This document shows positions 14,528-27,066 of a stretch of DNA of 64,000 nt, one piece after another. A program made the translations under genes and the position numbers. Position 1 is the stretch's first letter. Each line of letters begins with the position of its first letter. A model generated the notes under the pieces. It did not search any database. It was not told where the DNA came from and saw nothing but the letters and a program-made list of their open reading frames with translations. Source of the stretch: the human T2T-CHM13v2.0 reference genome, Homo sapiens; NCBI RefSeq assembly GCF_009914755.1, contig NC_060940.1, one strand, 5' to 3'.

Positions 14528-14762
14528 TAAGAGGTGATTGGGTCATGAAGGCTTGGCCTCATAATTGATCCATTCATGGATTAATGGATTAGTAGGTTAA
14601 TGGATTAATGGGTTATCATGGGAGTGGCACTGGTGGCTTTATAAGAAGAAGAAGAGAGACCTGAGCTGGCACACTCAGTCTCTTTGCCATGTGATACCCC
14701 ACACCACCTGAGGACTGTGCAGATTCTCACTAGCAAGAAGGCTCTCCCCAAATGCAGTCCCT
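14528..14762 (+). mobile_element. Internal fragment of an MSTC/MSTD-like LTR (second copy)
   Basis: Aligns colinearly with about 13464-13700; lacks both LTR termini. Confidence 0.9.
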
Positions 14763-14764
14763 GT

Positions 14765-14878
14765 AGGATTCCCCTGTCTTAGAATCACTACCTACCTCTT
14801 AGGTAGTAGGGGTAGAGGATCTATCCTCTTAGGTAGTAGTGGTAGAGGTAGGTAGTGATCATGAGAGAGGGGAATCCT
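14765..14878. repeat. Inverted repeat (35-bp arms) enclosing a 24-bp direct repeat
   Basis: 14765-14799 versus the reverse complement of 14844-14878: 31/35 identical. Confidence 0.95.
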
Positions 14879-15014
14879 CCAGCCAGCTTAACCTGAGACA
14901 TGAACCAGGCTCCCAAGTGAAGCTCCAAATTTCAAAGCAAAGCATGGGTCAGTTATTAGGAGCCCTTGTTTTCTGGACCTGGGTTATCCTTGCCTGGTAG
15001 TTAGGAAAAAAAAT

Positions 15015-15221
15015 GGAAGAGAAGGAAAGTAGGAAGGAAGGAAGGAAGGAAGGAAGGAAGGAAGGAAATGAAGGAAGGAAAAGAAGGAATGAAGGATGGA
15101 AGGAAGGAAGGAAAGAAGGAAGGAAGGATGGAAGGAAGGAAAGAAGGAAGTAAGAGAGGGAGGGAAGGAGGGAGGGAAGAAAGAGGAAGAGAAGAGAAGA
15201 GAGAAGAGAAGAAGAGAAGAG
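15015..15221 (+). repeat. (GGAA)n / (GAGAA)n polypurine microsatellite
   Basis: Nine consecutive GGAA at 15032-15067 followed by degenerate units. Confidence 0.95.
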
Positions 15222-15599
15222 CATAAAGTAATCAAGCCCATCTGGTCAGTAGCAGGTTTGTAACCCCAAGGCAGTCATGCAGACTGTGCTGGCTAGCCTT
15301 TTGCATAAGGCTGTCCCTGCTGAGGTTAAATCCCTCCTCACTGTGGCCTGAAGGAACCCAAGAAACACACTCATTGCCTTTTTGGTTATTTTATAAACAG
15401 TGCTTGGAAACCGCCAGTCATTATCACTCTTCTGGCCAGCAAGTCAGACTTTCCATGCCCTTGTGTACGATGCCCTGAATCTTCCCAAAGTCAGCAACGT
15501 AATTTCCCTAAACCAAGAGGATTGTTTACTTTGGCCAAAATCAGGGCAGAGTTTACATCTGAGCCTGTGCTTTTCCAGCACTCAACAAGCTTTGGGGCT

Positions 15600-16070
15600 G
15601 CAATCCACATATTCATCCCACCATCCATTCCTTTATTCACACATTCATTCACTTATGGTTACATCCTCCCAAGACTGATCCAGGCAGCTATACTTCCATA
15701 CATTCACCCACCCATTCATTGGATTATTGATGCAGAAATCCACTCATACACTCCCTTTTAATCATTCACCCACTTATCAACTCTTCTATTTAGCCACTCA
15801 CTGATTCAATAACCCACCCAGTAATTTATCCTTTCATTCATGCACAGAGGCATCCATCCATTCATCCACTCATCACTCACCATTTCTGTACTCAGTCACC
15901 TAATCACTTTTTTACTCAATCATCTAACCACCTATTCACCCAATCCATAATCCCATATTATGAGCCAGGCACTGCTGTTGATATTGGAGGAACAAGCATG
16001 AAAGACATGGTTATCCATTTTTCTATCCACCCAGCAACATTCCATTGATTAGCATCTATTCATTTATCCA
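15600..16070 (+). repeat. Degenerate (CATC/CATT)n low-complexity region with L2-like pieces
   Basis: Recurrent ccatcc/cattca words; a similar stretch lies at 16415-16510. Confidence 0.7.
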
Positions 16071-17234
16071 CTGTGTAGAATTTTACTCCTGTGGGCACTT
16101 AATTGAGTACGAGGTGAATCCCAGGGAGGCTGGAAGAGAGACATAGGGATTAACCCTGATTCAAGTCCATGCAGAGTGCAATCAGAGTGACAGTTGGGAA
16201 AGACTTGACTAAGAGACAAAACCTAGACAAGAGACAAGTCAGAGCTTCGGCTATCAATAAAAAGGAAGACATTTTGCAATAGGAGTATATCAGTATGGAA
16301 CATAAAAAGATTCATTCTTGTACCTAAGTTAGCCATAGTGTATATTAATAAATGGATTTGAGCCTTCCCCTGAATCAGAAAAATTTGAAAAGGTGTCTAG
16401 GTAATTCAGACAGTTTCATTTATTCATCTATTCATCCTTCCATCCATCCATCAATTCATTCATCTGTCCACCTATTCATGCATCCATATTTTATCCATTC
16501 ATGCATCCATATTTTTGTTGTTTAACAATTACAGCAGGGGCTTTTAACGAGGGCTCTGATGATGGGTACAATCATCTAAATTTGATTCATCCTTGCATTC
16601 CTAGTGTTTTCCTTTGCTACCGATACCTGCCCTGTGTAAACTATTTGCTAAATAAAGTAACTAGTGCTCTTAATTACAGCTAGGTAAACCCAGATATGAA
16701 TAAGTTTGCTTTTTATATGATTGCTTAATGGCCATGTGTAGGATTTATCCTATCTACATTTGAGAAATTAACATACCAGAGGGGACCATGACTAGTTTAA
16801 CCATGTCTAGAAGACACAGCTTTAGCTGTTTGACAAAGTGAATCCATCTCCTTCCCATTCTAACACACCACTAGAAAGGGCTAAGGCCAGATTCATGCAT
16901 TAGGAGCTAATCAGTCAGATCTCAGGATTCAGTAGATCCAATTATTTTTGTTTAACACCACTTGAAGAGGTCACCACAGAGACCCTTAATCAAACTGACT
17001 GAGTTTGGGATAACTGCATTTATGGGAACAGGACTCCGACTTGTTCATATAACCGGTGCCAGTTGAGGAGGATCGCTCTGTGAGTTTGGTCGATACAGTC
17101 AACTTCTTTAGACAACTCAAATTGAAATCTTTTCATTTCTTCAAAAACAGAGTAAGTCCTTTAAACTTTAACCTAGAAGCAACACAGCGTGTATTAGCAG
17201 CACGGGAGGTATGGGGGATAAAGCCAGAGGGAGG

Positions 17235-17415
17235 TAGGTGTTATTCCAGCACCTCACTTGGCCTTGGGCAAGTTACACTGAATGTCTCTAATCCTCTGTT
17301 TCTCTATCGGTAAAATGTGAAAAACAGCCTTCTCACTTGGATGCATCCGAGTGGACAACCCATAGGAAAAGTCTAGCTCAGAATATAAAGAAGGAACCCA
17401 GTAAATAGTAGCTTC
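17235..17415 (+). mobile_element. MIR SINE
   Basis: gccttgggcaagttacactgaatgtctctaatcctctgtttctctatcggtaaaatg. Confidence 0.75.
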
Positions 17416-17584
17416 TAATTTCTTGATTCTGTAAATGGTTGCTTCATATGCCTATATCACATTCCTTGATTTAAAAATTAAAAAAAAATCCACAACTCTT
17501 TTTACGTCTGTTTAGACTCTAGACTCTGCAAAGGACTTCAATGTCCACTGCCTCATCTGAGCTTTATTAGCACCACCATTGTCA

Positions 17585-17720
17585 TTATTATCAAAACGAT
17601 GACCATTCCCATTCTGCAAATAAGAAAATTAAGGCCCAAGTTGAATAAGGAATTTTCTCACTTTGCATCACAGTCAAGACTCGAACTCATCATCTTCAAA
17701 CTCTGAGCCCAGTTATCTCT
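17585..17720 (-). mobile_element. MIR fragment
   Basis: attcccattctgcaaataagaaaattaaggccca. Confidence 0.6.
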
Positions 17721-18859
17721 GCATCAACACAATAGTAAAATAGCAAACTCAACAAAACAACAAGGGTGGAAGAGATAAAAAGGCCCATGTATCTCTTGAG
17801 AGCACTCCCTAGTGGACTTGCTTAGGTAACAAGTGTGTGGCTTGCTGAGAAGGCCCAAACAAATGTCATTCACTTGTCATGCACATTGACAAAGTGAATC
17901 CATCTCCTCCATATTCGAATACATTGCTGTTTCTTTTCCCATCTGTAAGCAGTCTCTTTCAGCCCTTCTGTGACCTTCTGATAGGCTGCCAGCATACAAG
18001 ATGATACTATGAGCCTGAAAAGCTGTCCTATATGCTCAGACCCCTACAAGGAGTCTGTGTTTTATTTCACTATTTTCCTGGGTGTTCTTCTATTTTCTTA
18101 TTTATTTATTTGAACCACTAAATTATCTAATTAGTGACATATATCGTTGACACATGGGCTACTATGAATATTTACTGCACACTTGCTCACGCATTTATCT
18201 AAATAGGTGGCATGCCAGAGCTATGTAATAAGGAATAATGATTCTTTAGAACAGTTACAGGAAATTATAGAAGGGGGAAAAAGTTTTGCACAGTGGGTTT
18301 CAGGTTCCAACCACATCTATCAATTCTTCCTGAGATAGAGCAATTGCATAGTAATGACAAAAAATTTATAGTAATGAATAAATCAATACTCAGCTCTGCG
18401 GCAGTTTCAGATGTTACTTTTATGGGCCCTCCCGTGTCTATTATATATCCCTTAGTGCTGGAGCTGAGAAAGTGTGGTGAATGCCAACAGCCACAGGGAG
18501 AAAGGGACCTGCTCAGGCTCCCGAGAAGACGGTGATCCATCACCATCCCCTCTCAAGCAGATCCATTTATATCTCTGAGCCCTAAAACTGAGCAGCTTAC
18601 AGTGATCAATGACACAGCCAACAAGTGTTTGTTTTAAGAATGGAGCTGTCACTTCACGTTGAGCAAAGTGGAAATGCATAAATAAATAAACAAATAAATA
18701 AATGGGTGAAGGATGGGGTAAGAGGAAGAGAGTGTTGGGGGAAATGGAGGAAATGGCAATGTAGAAAGAGGATTTCAGCTCAAAGTGGTGTCTTCAAAAG
18801 CTTTATTCATTTAGCAAGTATTAATTGAGTATCAACTGTGTACCAGGCACAGTTCTAGG

Positions 18860-19064
18860 CAGGGGTTGGCAAATATTTTCTGTAAGGGGCCAGAAAGTAA
18901 ATATTGTAGGCTTCACAGGCTACATGGTCTCTGCTGTCACTACACAATTCAGTGGCTATAGCACAAAAGCGGCCATGGACAGTATATCAATGAACAGGTG
19001 TGAGTATGTTCCAATTAAATTTTATTTGCGAAACAGATGGTGGGCTGGATTTGGACCACCAGCC
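18860..19064 (+). mobile_element. MER58A hAT MITE
   Basis: caggggttggcaaatattttctgtaaggggccagaaagtaaatatt...gggctggatttggacc. Confidence 0.88.
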
Positions 19065-19427
19065 AATATATAGAGGATATACAGCCTCATGTCCCTGAGG
19101 ACAAGGGATGTGTGCCAGTGGACTGTGGGATGATTTGGTAGGGACTCGGGCATGGTGTAAAAAACTTAGAATCACACAAGAAGATTTAACTTTCATTATA
19201 AGTCTTTCATAATCCTCTGATGACACCAAGGAAAAAGCCTCCATTGGGTGCTTGTCTTTACTATCTCTCTAATGTTTGCAAATCTCTTTTTCAACACAAA
19301 GAGAGATCCAAGGTTTATATACTGGGCAAGCAATGGTTTCTAGAGAGATTGTTTAACATTGTTTGGTTTTGGCTGGGTTTCTATTTACTTGTTTCTGTTT
19401 ACCATTTATAAAGGGAGAATGGCCTAG

Positions 19428-19640
19428 AAGAGGATTTCCTAACCTCAGCACTATTGACATTTGGGCTGGATCATTCTTTGTGGTAGGGAGCTATCCTGTG
19501 CATTGTAAGATAATTGTTAGCATTCCTGGTTCCTACCCACTAGATGCCAGTAACACATTCCCCAATCAGGACAATCCCAGATGTCTTCAGATTATTGCCA
19601 AATGTTCCCTGGCAAGACTGCCCGTGGTTAAAAACCTCTA
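19428..19640 (+). mobile_element. MER20 hAT MITE
   Basis: aacctcagcactattgacatttgggctgga...cccactagatgccagta...attgccaaatgttccctgg. Confidence 0.9.
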
Positions 19641-19649
19641 GCCTAGGGG

Positions 19650-19890
19650 CTAAGTGTGCAGGTGCTAGAACCACAGAGCTTATAGCCAACTACTTCTTTG
19701 GTGACATTGAGCAACTATTTAATTTTCCATGCTTTATTTTTATCATCTGTAAAATGGGTATAATGATGATTATAGCTCCAACCTCATAGAGTTTTTGTGA
19801 GGATTAAATTAATTAATTCATGCATAGCAATTAGGAGAGAACTTACCCTAGGGAAACCATGCAACAAATATTAGACATGGTTATTAGTCA
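19650..19890 (+). mobile_element. MIR SINE
   Basis: catctgtaaaatgggtataatgat...cctcatagagtttttgtgaggattaaat. Confidence 0.8.
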
Positions 19891-20059
19891 CAGTAATGTT
19901 TCTGCCTTAAATATATTTGTTTGATTAGTTACTTACTCAAGTGAGCCAGTTCAAAGAAACTATTATTAAATAAATAATACATAAGGTTGTATAAAGATCT
20001 GCCACAACATACAAAGATGTTTTGCAAGTGAGTTTAAGTTAGGAAACTGACATATTCAA

Positions 20060-20275
20060 ATAGTGGTATTTGGGCCCATGGACACATTCTGGGTTTTAAT
20101 CTTTGCTCTGTTATTCAGAAGTTGTGTGACTTTGGGTCAGCTACTGAACTTTTTTGACCTTCAGTTTTCTCACTGTGAAGAAACTTATACCTCCTAGGAG
20201 AGATATAATCAAGCAAAATCAAGAAAATGTCCTCAGGGGTTGCTCAACACAAAGTAGATACTCAATAGACATTAC
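20060..20275 (+). mobile_element. MIR SINE
   Basis: gttgtgtgactttgggtcagc...ccttcagttttctcactgtgaa. Confidence 0.7.
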
Positions 20276-20291
20276 TTCTCCCCCTCCCTTT

Positions 20292-20810
20292 GGGTTTGTG
20301 TTGTATAATGAATCACCCAAAAACTTAGTAAATTAACAGTCACTCATTAGCTCACAATTCCATGCGTTGGCAATTTGGGCTGAGCTCGGCAGGGTGAATC
20401 TTCTGCTGATCTCCAGTGGGGCTGTGTTTATGATGGCAGTCTGCTAGTGACTTAATAGGTGTTGGAGGATCCAAGATGGCAAATCTCTGGGTAACAGTGC
20501 TGGCTGTCGGCTGGGCCTCCCAATCTATATGCCTCTCTTCTTCCAAAAGACTAGCCTGGACCTTCATGTGGTGGCACCTGTGATCCAGGAAACCAAGGGC
20601 AAAAACTCCAAGGTCTCTTAAGGCTGTGACTCAGAAATCACACCATGTAACTTTTGCCACATTTTCTTAGTCAAAACAAGTCACAAGGTTAGCTCGGTTC
20701 AAAGCACGGGAAAGTAAACTCTACTTCTTGATGGAAGGAATAGCAAAATCACATAGCAAAGGAGCACGTGTTTGAGGAGGTGTGATTCACTGGGGCTGGT
20801 TCTGTAACAA
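20292..20810 (-). mobile_element. MaLR LTR, MLT1H-like
   Basis: tcacccaaaaacttagt, ggcaatttgggctgagctcggcagg, caaaacaagtcacaagg, ctctacttcttgatggaagga. Confidence 0.8.
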
Positions 20811-21399
20811 GTGAACACATTGTCTGCTAGAGTTGAAATCCATAACATCCGCCCCCTTTATTTTTTGTAAACACTCTTGTTGGATGTCATTCACGTGACT
20901 AATATGCATGCATCGCAGTGTCCAGATGTTCATGAAACCCCTCCAAATTGCATGGGAAGGACAAAATACCACAAAAACTCACAATCACCACAACTATTAA
21001 TGGCACCTCAGTTTAAGGTCACTCATTGCCATTTGCATTATCATTATGAGAAACTGTGGAATCTGTATTATTTTCCACCCTATTCTAAATCCATCTCCTC
21101 TCTCACATTCAAGAATAAATGGGCAATGTGAGCCAGACCCTGTGAGATTATTATAAAGAATAACTGTAAATATGTTTTCCTTTTTTTAAAAAGAAAAACT
21201 CACTTATGTCAAATGTTAACACCTCATTGTCATAAAATTGCATAGGCAGACCTCAAAACTGATCAAAAGAAGGTCATTGCATTTGGGTGGCATTCACTGG
21301 TTCACTTTACCAAGTTATTCAAGTTGGGAATTCATTCCCACCTCCCTTTTTCATTTTTTTTTTAGTAGCCACTGTTTAAAAATAATAAGTCAATGTTTT

Positions 21400-23285
21400 C
21401 TTGCTATATTTTCTTCCTCTAGACAATGATCTTTTAGTGATTTTCCTCCAGCACACTTCAGCTATCCTTCCTCCAAAGATGTACTCTAGCCTTGTATATT
21501 GTCAATAGCCACACCACTCCCAATATCTAGGTGTCAAACATCAGGCTTTCTGGCCACAGGAAGATCACGTTCTCTAATCTACACACCAACACAGGCAGGG
21601 CTTATGCCCCTTTAGAGACTCCAGTTCCAGGCTCATATGCTATCACCCCCTTTACTTCAGTTTGGATTCCATGGTTCATCCTTACAAGAATTCCCTCTCC
21701 TAACCTCAGCTTCATCTCCCTCTGTCACTGCTGTTGTAAATCGCATCCCAATTGAAGCTCATTTCTCTTCTTGCTTCATGCCCGTACCCGAGCATCAGAA
21801 TGTGGCTAGAGAAAAATTTACAACCATGTTTATCGGCCTCACTTTAGATTTATGGCCACATGCCTTAAGTGGGCCTCCAGCACCACCTGAACAGCTAACC
21901 ACAGTCCCCAGTCAATACCTCCTCCCACTGATCCAGATGACTGTTGACACTTTCTTCTCCTTCCTCAAACAGTCAATGCTCATTCTCGATAGATGAACAT
22001 GATAATTACCTTATTCGGAAAATAGAAACAATCAGAAGAGCGTTTTCTCTTTTCTACTTTCATCCCTACACATAGAGTCAATCTTCTCTTCTTTCCTATT
22101 ATGATGGCTGCAACATCCCTGCTGCTACCTAAACCCACCCTTCCAGGGACTTTACTCCTGCAGTTACTGCTCTCCGTCCTGCTTCAGCAACCTAGTGAGT
22201 CATTCCCACCAACATTCAAACACGCCAAAAGGTCTCCCATCTACAGAGAAACAAAGAAACTTGCCCTTGATTTCACACATTTTCCTAGTAGCTCCTCCCA
22301 TTTCTTTACCACCTTTTTGCGGAGGAACACATCAGAATGTCATTCCAGAATCCCTCAGCGCACTTCCAAACTTTCCTCTGTACTGCTCAACTAAAACGGT
22401 TCTTGTTAAATTTTCTAATCACCTTCATCAATTCAGTGCCCACATCTTAGGCTGCATTGTCTTTGAATTCTCAGTGTCATGTGGCACACGTAGTTAGGTT
22501 ACTTCTTCTTATTGAAATCTTTTATGATCTTAGCTTTCAATCACAATACTGGTTTTCCTCCCTTATCTCTGGCCAGTTCAATTCTTTGTCTTGTCCCAAT
22601 ATTTAATGTTGGTTCATCCAAAGATTCTGGCCTTAGTCCTCTTCTCTTCCATATTTGTAACTCATTCCCTAAGTGACCTCATATGGTTTCTTAGTTTTAA
22701 ATACCATCTCATTGCTGATGACTTCCAAATTTATATATTGGTATACCTAGCTCTGATGTCTCCCTAAATCTCCAGACTCATACGTTCATCTACATACTTG
22801 ATATCTTCACTCAGATGCCAAGTAAGCATCTCAAATGTTAGAGATGCAAAATAGAATTTTTGATTTCTCACCTCAAACTCATTTCTTCCCCGTTTAGTAA
22901 ATAGCACTGCCATATACTCAGTTGCTCAAAGCAAAAATTAAGATATCCTTGAATTTCCAGCTTCCTCTGCCTGAAATTATCTCCCATGAAGCCTTCCAAT
23001 GACTCATCCACTCACTTTAATTCATTTCTTAACCCAAATATTACCTCTTTAGAGAAGCATCCCAGACTATGCTGCCTAAAGACAACCTGTCACTTACCAT
23101 CCTCATTCCTTGCTTTGTTTTTCTTTAAAGGACTCTTTATTATCTGAAATTTTATTATATAAGTATTTGTCTACATACTCACTGTCTGTATCTCACTAGA
23201 ATATAATTCTTATGAAATCAAGGACCTTGTCTATCTTCTTCTCTGTTCAGCACACTGTATGCATTAAATAAACATTTGTTGAAAA
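21400..23285 (+). mobile_element. Long L2 LINE remnant (degenerate ORF2 and 3' end)
   Basis: ttttaaataccatctcattgctgatgacttccaaatttatat, ctccagactcatacg, cagttgctcaaagcaaaaa, and 3' tail aataaacatttgttgaa. Confidence 0.85.
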
Positions 23286-24196
23286 AAGGATTCATATTAC
23301 TGGTAAAAAAAATAATAACATTGAGAATGTTCTCAGCACTTTGTCTTTTTTGCATTCATATTAAATGCAATCATTTGGCTTAAATAAGAAAGGACGCATG
23401 AGAAATATCAGCTTGTGTGAACATCAACATTTTATTTAATTTCTTTATTCACTACCTTTTCCCCCTTCAGATTTAGATGGCATTTAAAGAAATGGAGGTG
23501 TAGAACCATGCAATGTCACAATATAAACGAAATCAGTAGCTTGCTTTTCTTGTCTCTGGGCATTGCCTATAAGCTGCCTGTACTCACATCAGACACATCA
23601 GCATTTGGAAGTACTCACTGATGCCTTCTATTACATATAGCCATATAAACTGTGTATAAATAGATTTATTTGACATGAACATTAAGGGCTATCAGTTTAT
23701 AGTGTGCAACTCATCCCAGTGACTAATGTCTGTCCAAAGAAAGATTTCCAATGCTGATCTGACTCGTGCAACCCAGAGAAAGATTCTGGAATGGTATTTG
23801 GACATGTTTCCCTAAAAATTACCATTGGCTTTCATATGGGAAGGCTATTTGGATGTGACGTCTAAGTTTTATTATTACTTATTCAAGGAGGGCTACTCTT
23901 TGGGGTCAGGCCTGCTTGAGATGGAAGACCAACGGAAAAAGCTGCCTTAGCAATATGGCGATTTCCTAGCAAGCAAACTCTTTTTGCTCACTTGGTTCTA
24001 GACTCTTACCACAATAACAACATTCAGTGATGGAAGTGCACTCAAATATGCCCTCATGATTTTTTTGGACATTAGAGCTTGCTTGGGTTAGCCTCTTGTC
24101 CTATTGAATCAGCCTTTCACCAGGCTATGGGCTTGGAAGAGCCATGCCTAATGGCCAAGAGATGAGCTCATTTTCCTCTACACTATCCTGAATGGC

Positions 24197-24998
24197 TGTG
24201 GAGTCTTCAGTGCTCTCCCTAAAAATTTCTTGTGCCCTGTCTTCTAGACATGTGGCAAAATTATATTTCTCCACTCTCTTTGAAGATAGCTATGAACAGG
24301 TGACTTGCTTTGGCCAATGAGATGTGAACAAAGCCTTCATCAAGAAGTGACACCCGTCACTTTGGGTGGCTTTAAAAGCCAGTGTGCAATTTGATGTTTC
24401 TTTCCTATATTAATTCATTTTCATACTGCTATGAAGAAATACGCAAGATTGGGTAATCAATAAAGAAAAACAGGTTTAATGGACTCACATTTCCACATGG
24501 CTGGGGAGGTCTTGCAATCATGGCAGAGGGTGAAGGAGGAACAAATGCATGTCTTACATGTCAGCAGGCAAGAGAGCTTATGTAGGGGAACTCCCTTACA
24601 TAAAACCATCAGATCTTGTGAGACTTATTCACTATCATAAGAATAGCACTGGAAAGCTCCACCCCCATGGTTAAATTACCTCCCACTAGATCCCTCCCAC
24701 AACACATGGGAATTATGGGAGCTACAATTCAAGATGAGATTTGGGTGGTGACACAGCCAAACCATATTACTCCCTATGCCAAGGTGATTGTAGAAACATA
24801 TACTGAGAGAAAGCCCCCTTTGGCCTAGGGCCTTGTGTGGCCCTGATGAGCAGAGAACCCCTGTAGACCCTTGCTGGAGATGTAGCACAGGGAGGAAAAG
24901 AGACAGAAAGAGACAGAGATTTAGATTATATTAAGCCACTGAGAGTTTGGGGAAATGTTTGTTTGTACAGCATAACTTTGCCCATTCTGACTGCTATA
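24197..24998 (+). mobile_element. MaLR LTR, MLT1I/J-like, split by THE1
   Basis: gtgacttgctttggccaatgagatgtga...ttaagccactgagagtttgggg...ctgactgctata. Confidence 0.75.
24406..24769 (-). mobile_element. THE1 (THE1C/D-like) solo LTR
   Basis: ctacaattcaagatgagatttgggtggtgacacagccaaaccatat is the reverse complement of the THE1 5' end; also aaaaccatcagatcttgtgagacttattcacta. Confidence 0.93.
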
Positions 24999-25073
24999 AA
25001 CCTCCTTTTAAGGCTGAGGATTCAAGGAAGGGCTGGTAAGTATCTAAGCTTTGGCATTAATAATTCAGTCCTG

Positions 25074-25300
<227 letters not shown>

Positions 25301-25679
25301 ATCAGTCCTGGAGAATTCTTGACAAAACAGGATCTGTGATGAGGTTGGGGGAGGTGGGTGCTGAGACAGTCAGTATGAGAAACCCCTGCAGGAAACACTT
25401 CCAGAATCTGTCCAGCCTCCACCCTCATCAGAAGCCAAGTGTCCCGCAGAAGTCAGAGTCTCATCCTCCAGCTCCTTGAAGTTCCAGCCAATCAGGGCAC
25501 AAAGACACCCAGGATCAGGCTGGTTTCAGAGTCCAGAGAAGATGATATGCAGAGTAGAAAAGAGCAGACTGGGCCACCCAGTAGAAAAGAACCCAGACCA
25601 CAGGGCTCTCAAAGGCTCTGTAGGCTCCGACACAGGGAGGCTAGAGGCCCCTGAGCTTCAATCCATGGTCAGGCTTTGA

Positions 25680-25850
25680 CATTGAACAGATTTAATCTGA
25701 ATCCTGGTTGCTCTGGTTGTGTGGCTTTGGGCAATTTATGTCACCTTGTTGAGATTTGATTTCTTCAGCTATGGAATGAAGACTTTAGTAGCTCAAATAG
25801 GTAATGTGAGATGCCAAGGATAAAGAGCCCCATTCTGTACCTGCAACAGA
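25680..25850 (+). mobile_element. MIR fragment
   Basis: tgtgtggctttgggcaatttatgtcacc...ttcttcagctatggaatg. Confidence 0.55.
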
Positions 25851-26519
25851 GTGGTGAAAATCTACAAAACTGCCACCCTACAGAGCAAAAATGATCAACT
25901 TCTTTCATATGGTTCAACATATATGCAAGCCTCAGTTATCAGCAGCTTCTTTCACTCCTGGATAAATTCTGATAATTCAGGAAGGACTGTCCATGGCTGT
26001 TGTTTGTTTTTACTCAGACTTCACAAACCAGAGCATGTCGAAATGCTTCCCCCTCATCGGGATGCCCTAAATGCACTATATGTACCAGGCTACCGTTCTC
26101 TGAGCTCTGCCACCAAATCTGTGACTCTGCTGACCACACAGGGCTGACCTTGACCATGGTATTTTCTGGAGTCCAGATCAGCACCTGCCCACAGCTTTGC
26201 ATTCTTCACCTCTGTCTGATGGCATTTGTTATGACCTGAGGTAGACTGAAATAAGTCCATCATAAAGAAATCAAGAGCTTTCTCAGAAATGTTTGCTCTA
26301 AGAGTTCTAAAGTTTATTTTTTTTCTATGCCTGAGATATAAAAATAAAGCATATGGGAGAACCATAAAAAAAAGGCACTAATTTTTCTATATTGCCTACT
26401 GGACAAGCTAAAGACGTAGCCCTTCCTATTATCATTTCTTGCAACTTCCAGCCTGAAAGATCACAATGAAGAAGTAATGAATGCAGTGCAGTTCAAGAAA
26501 ACATTGGGCTATGTCTTGT

Positions 26520-27066
<547 letters not shown>

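Noticed and set aside
14949-15241. LPSF-repeat ORFs
   Set aside because: Translation of the (TTCC)n microsatellite.
17801-17815. Weak CTCF-like matches (also near 2080)
   Set aside because: Mismatches at key core positions.
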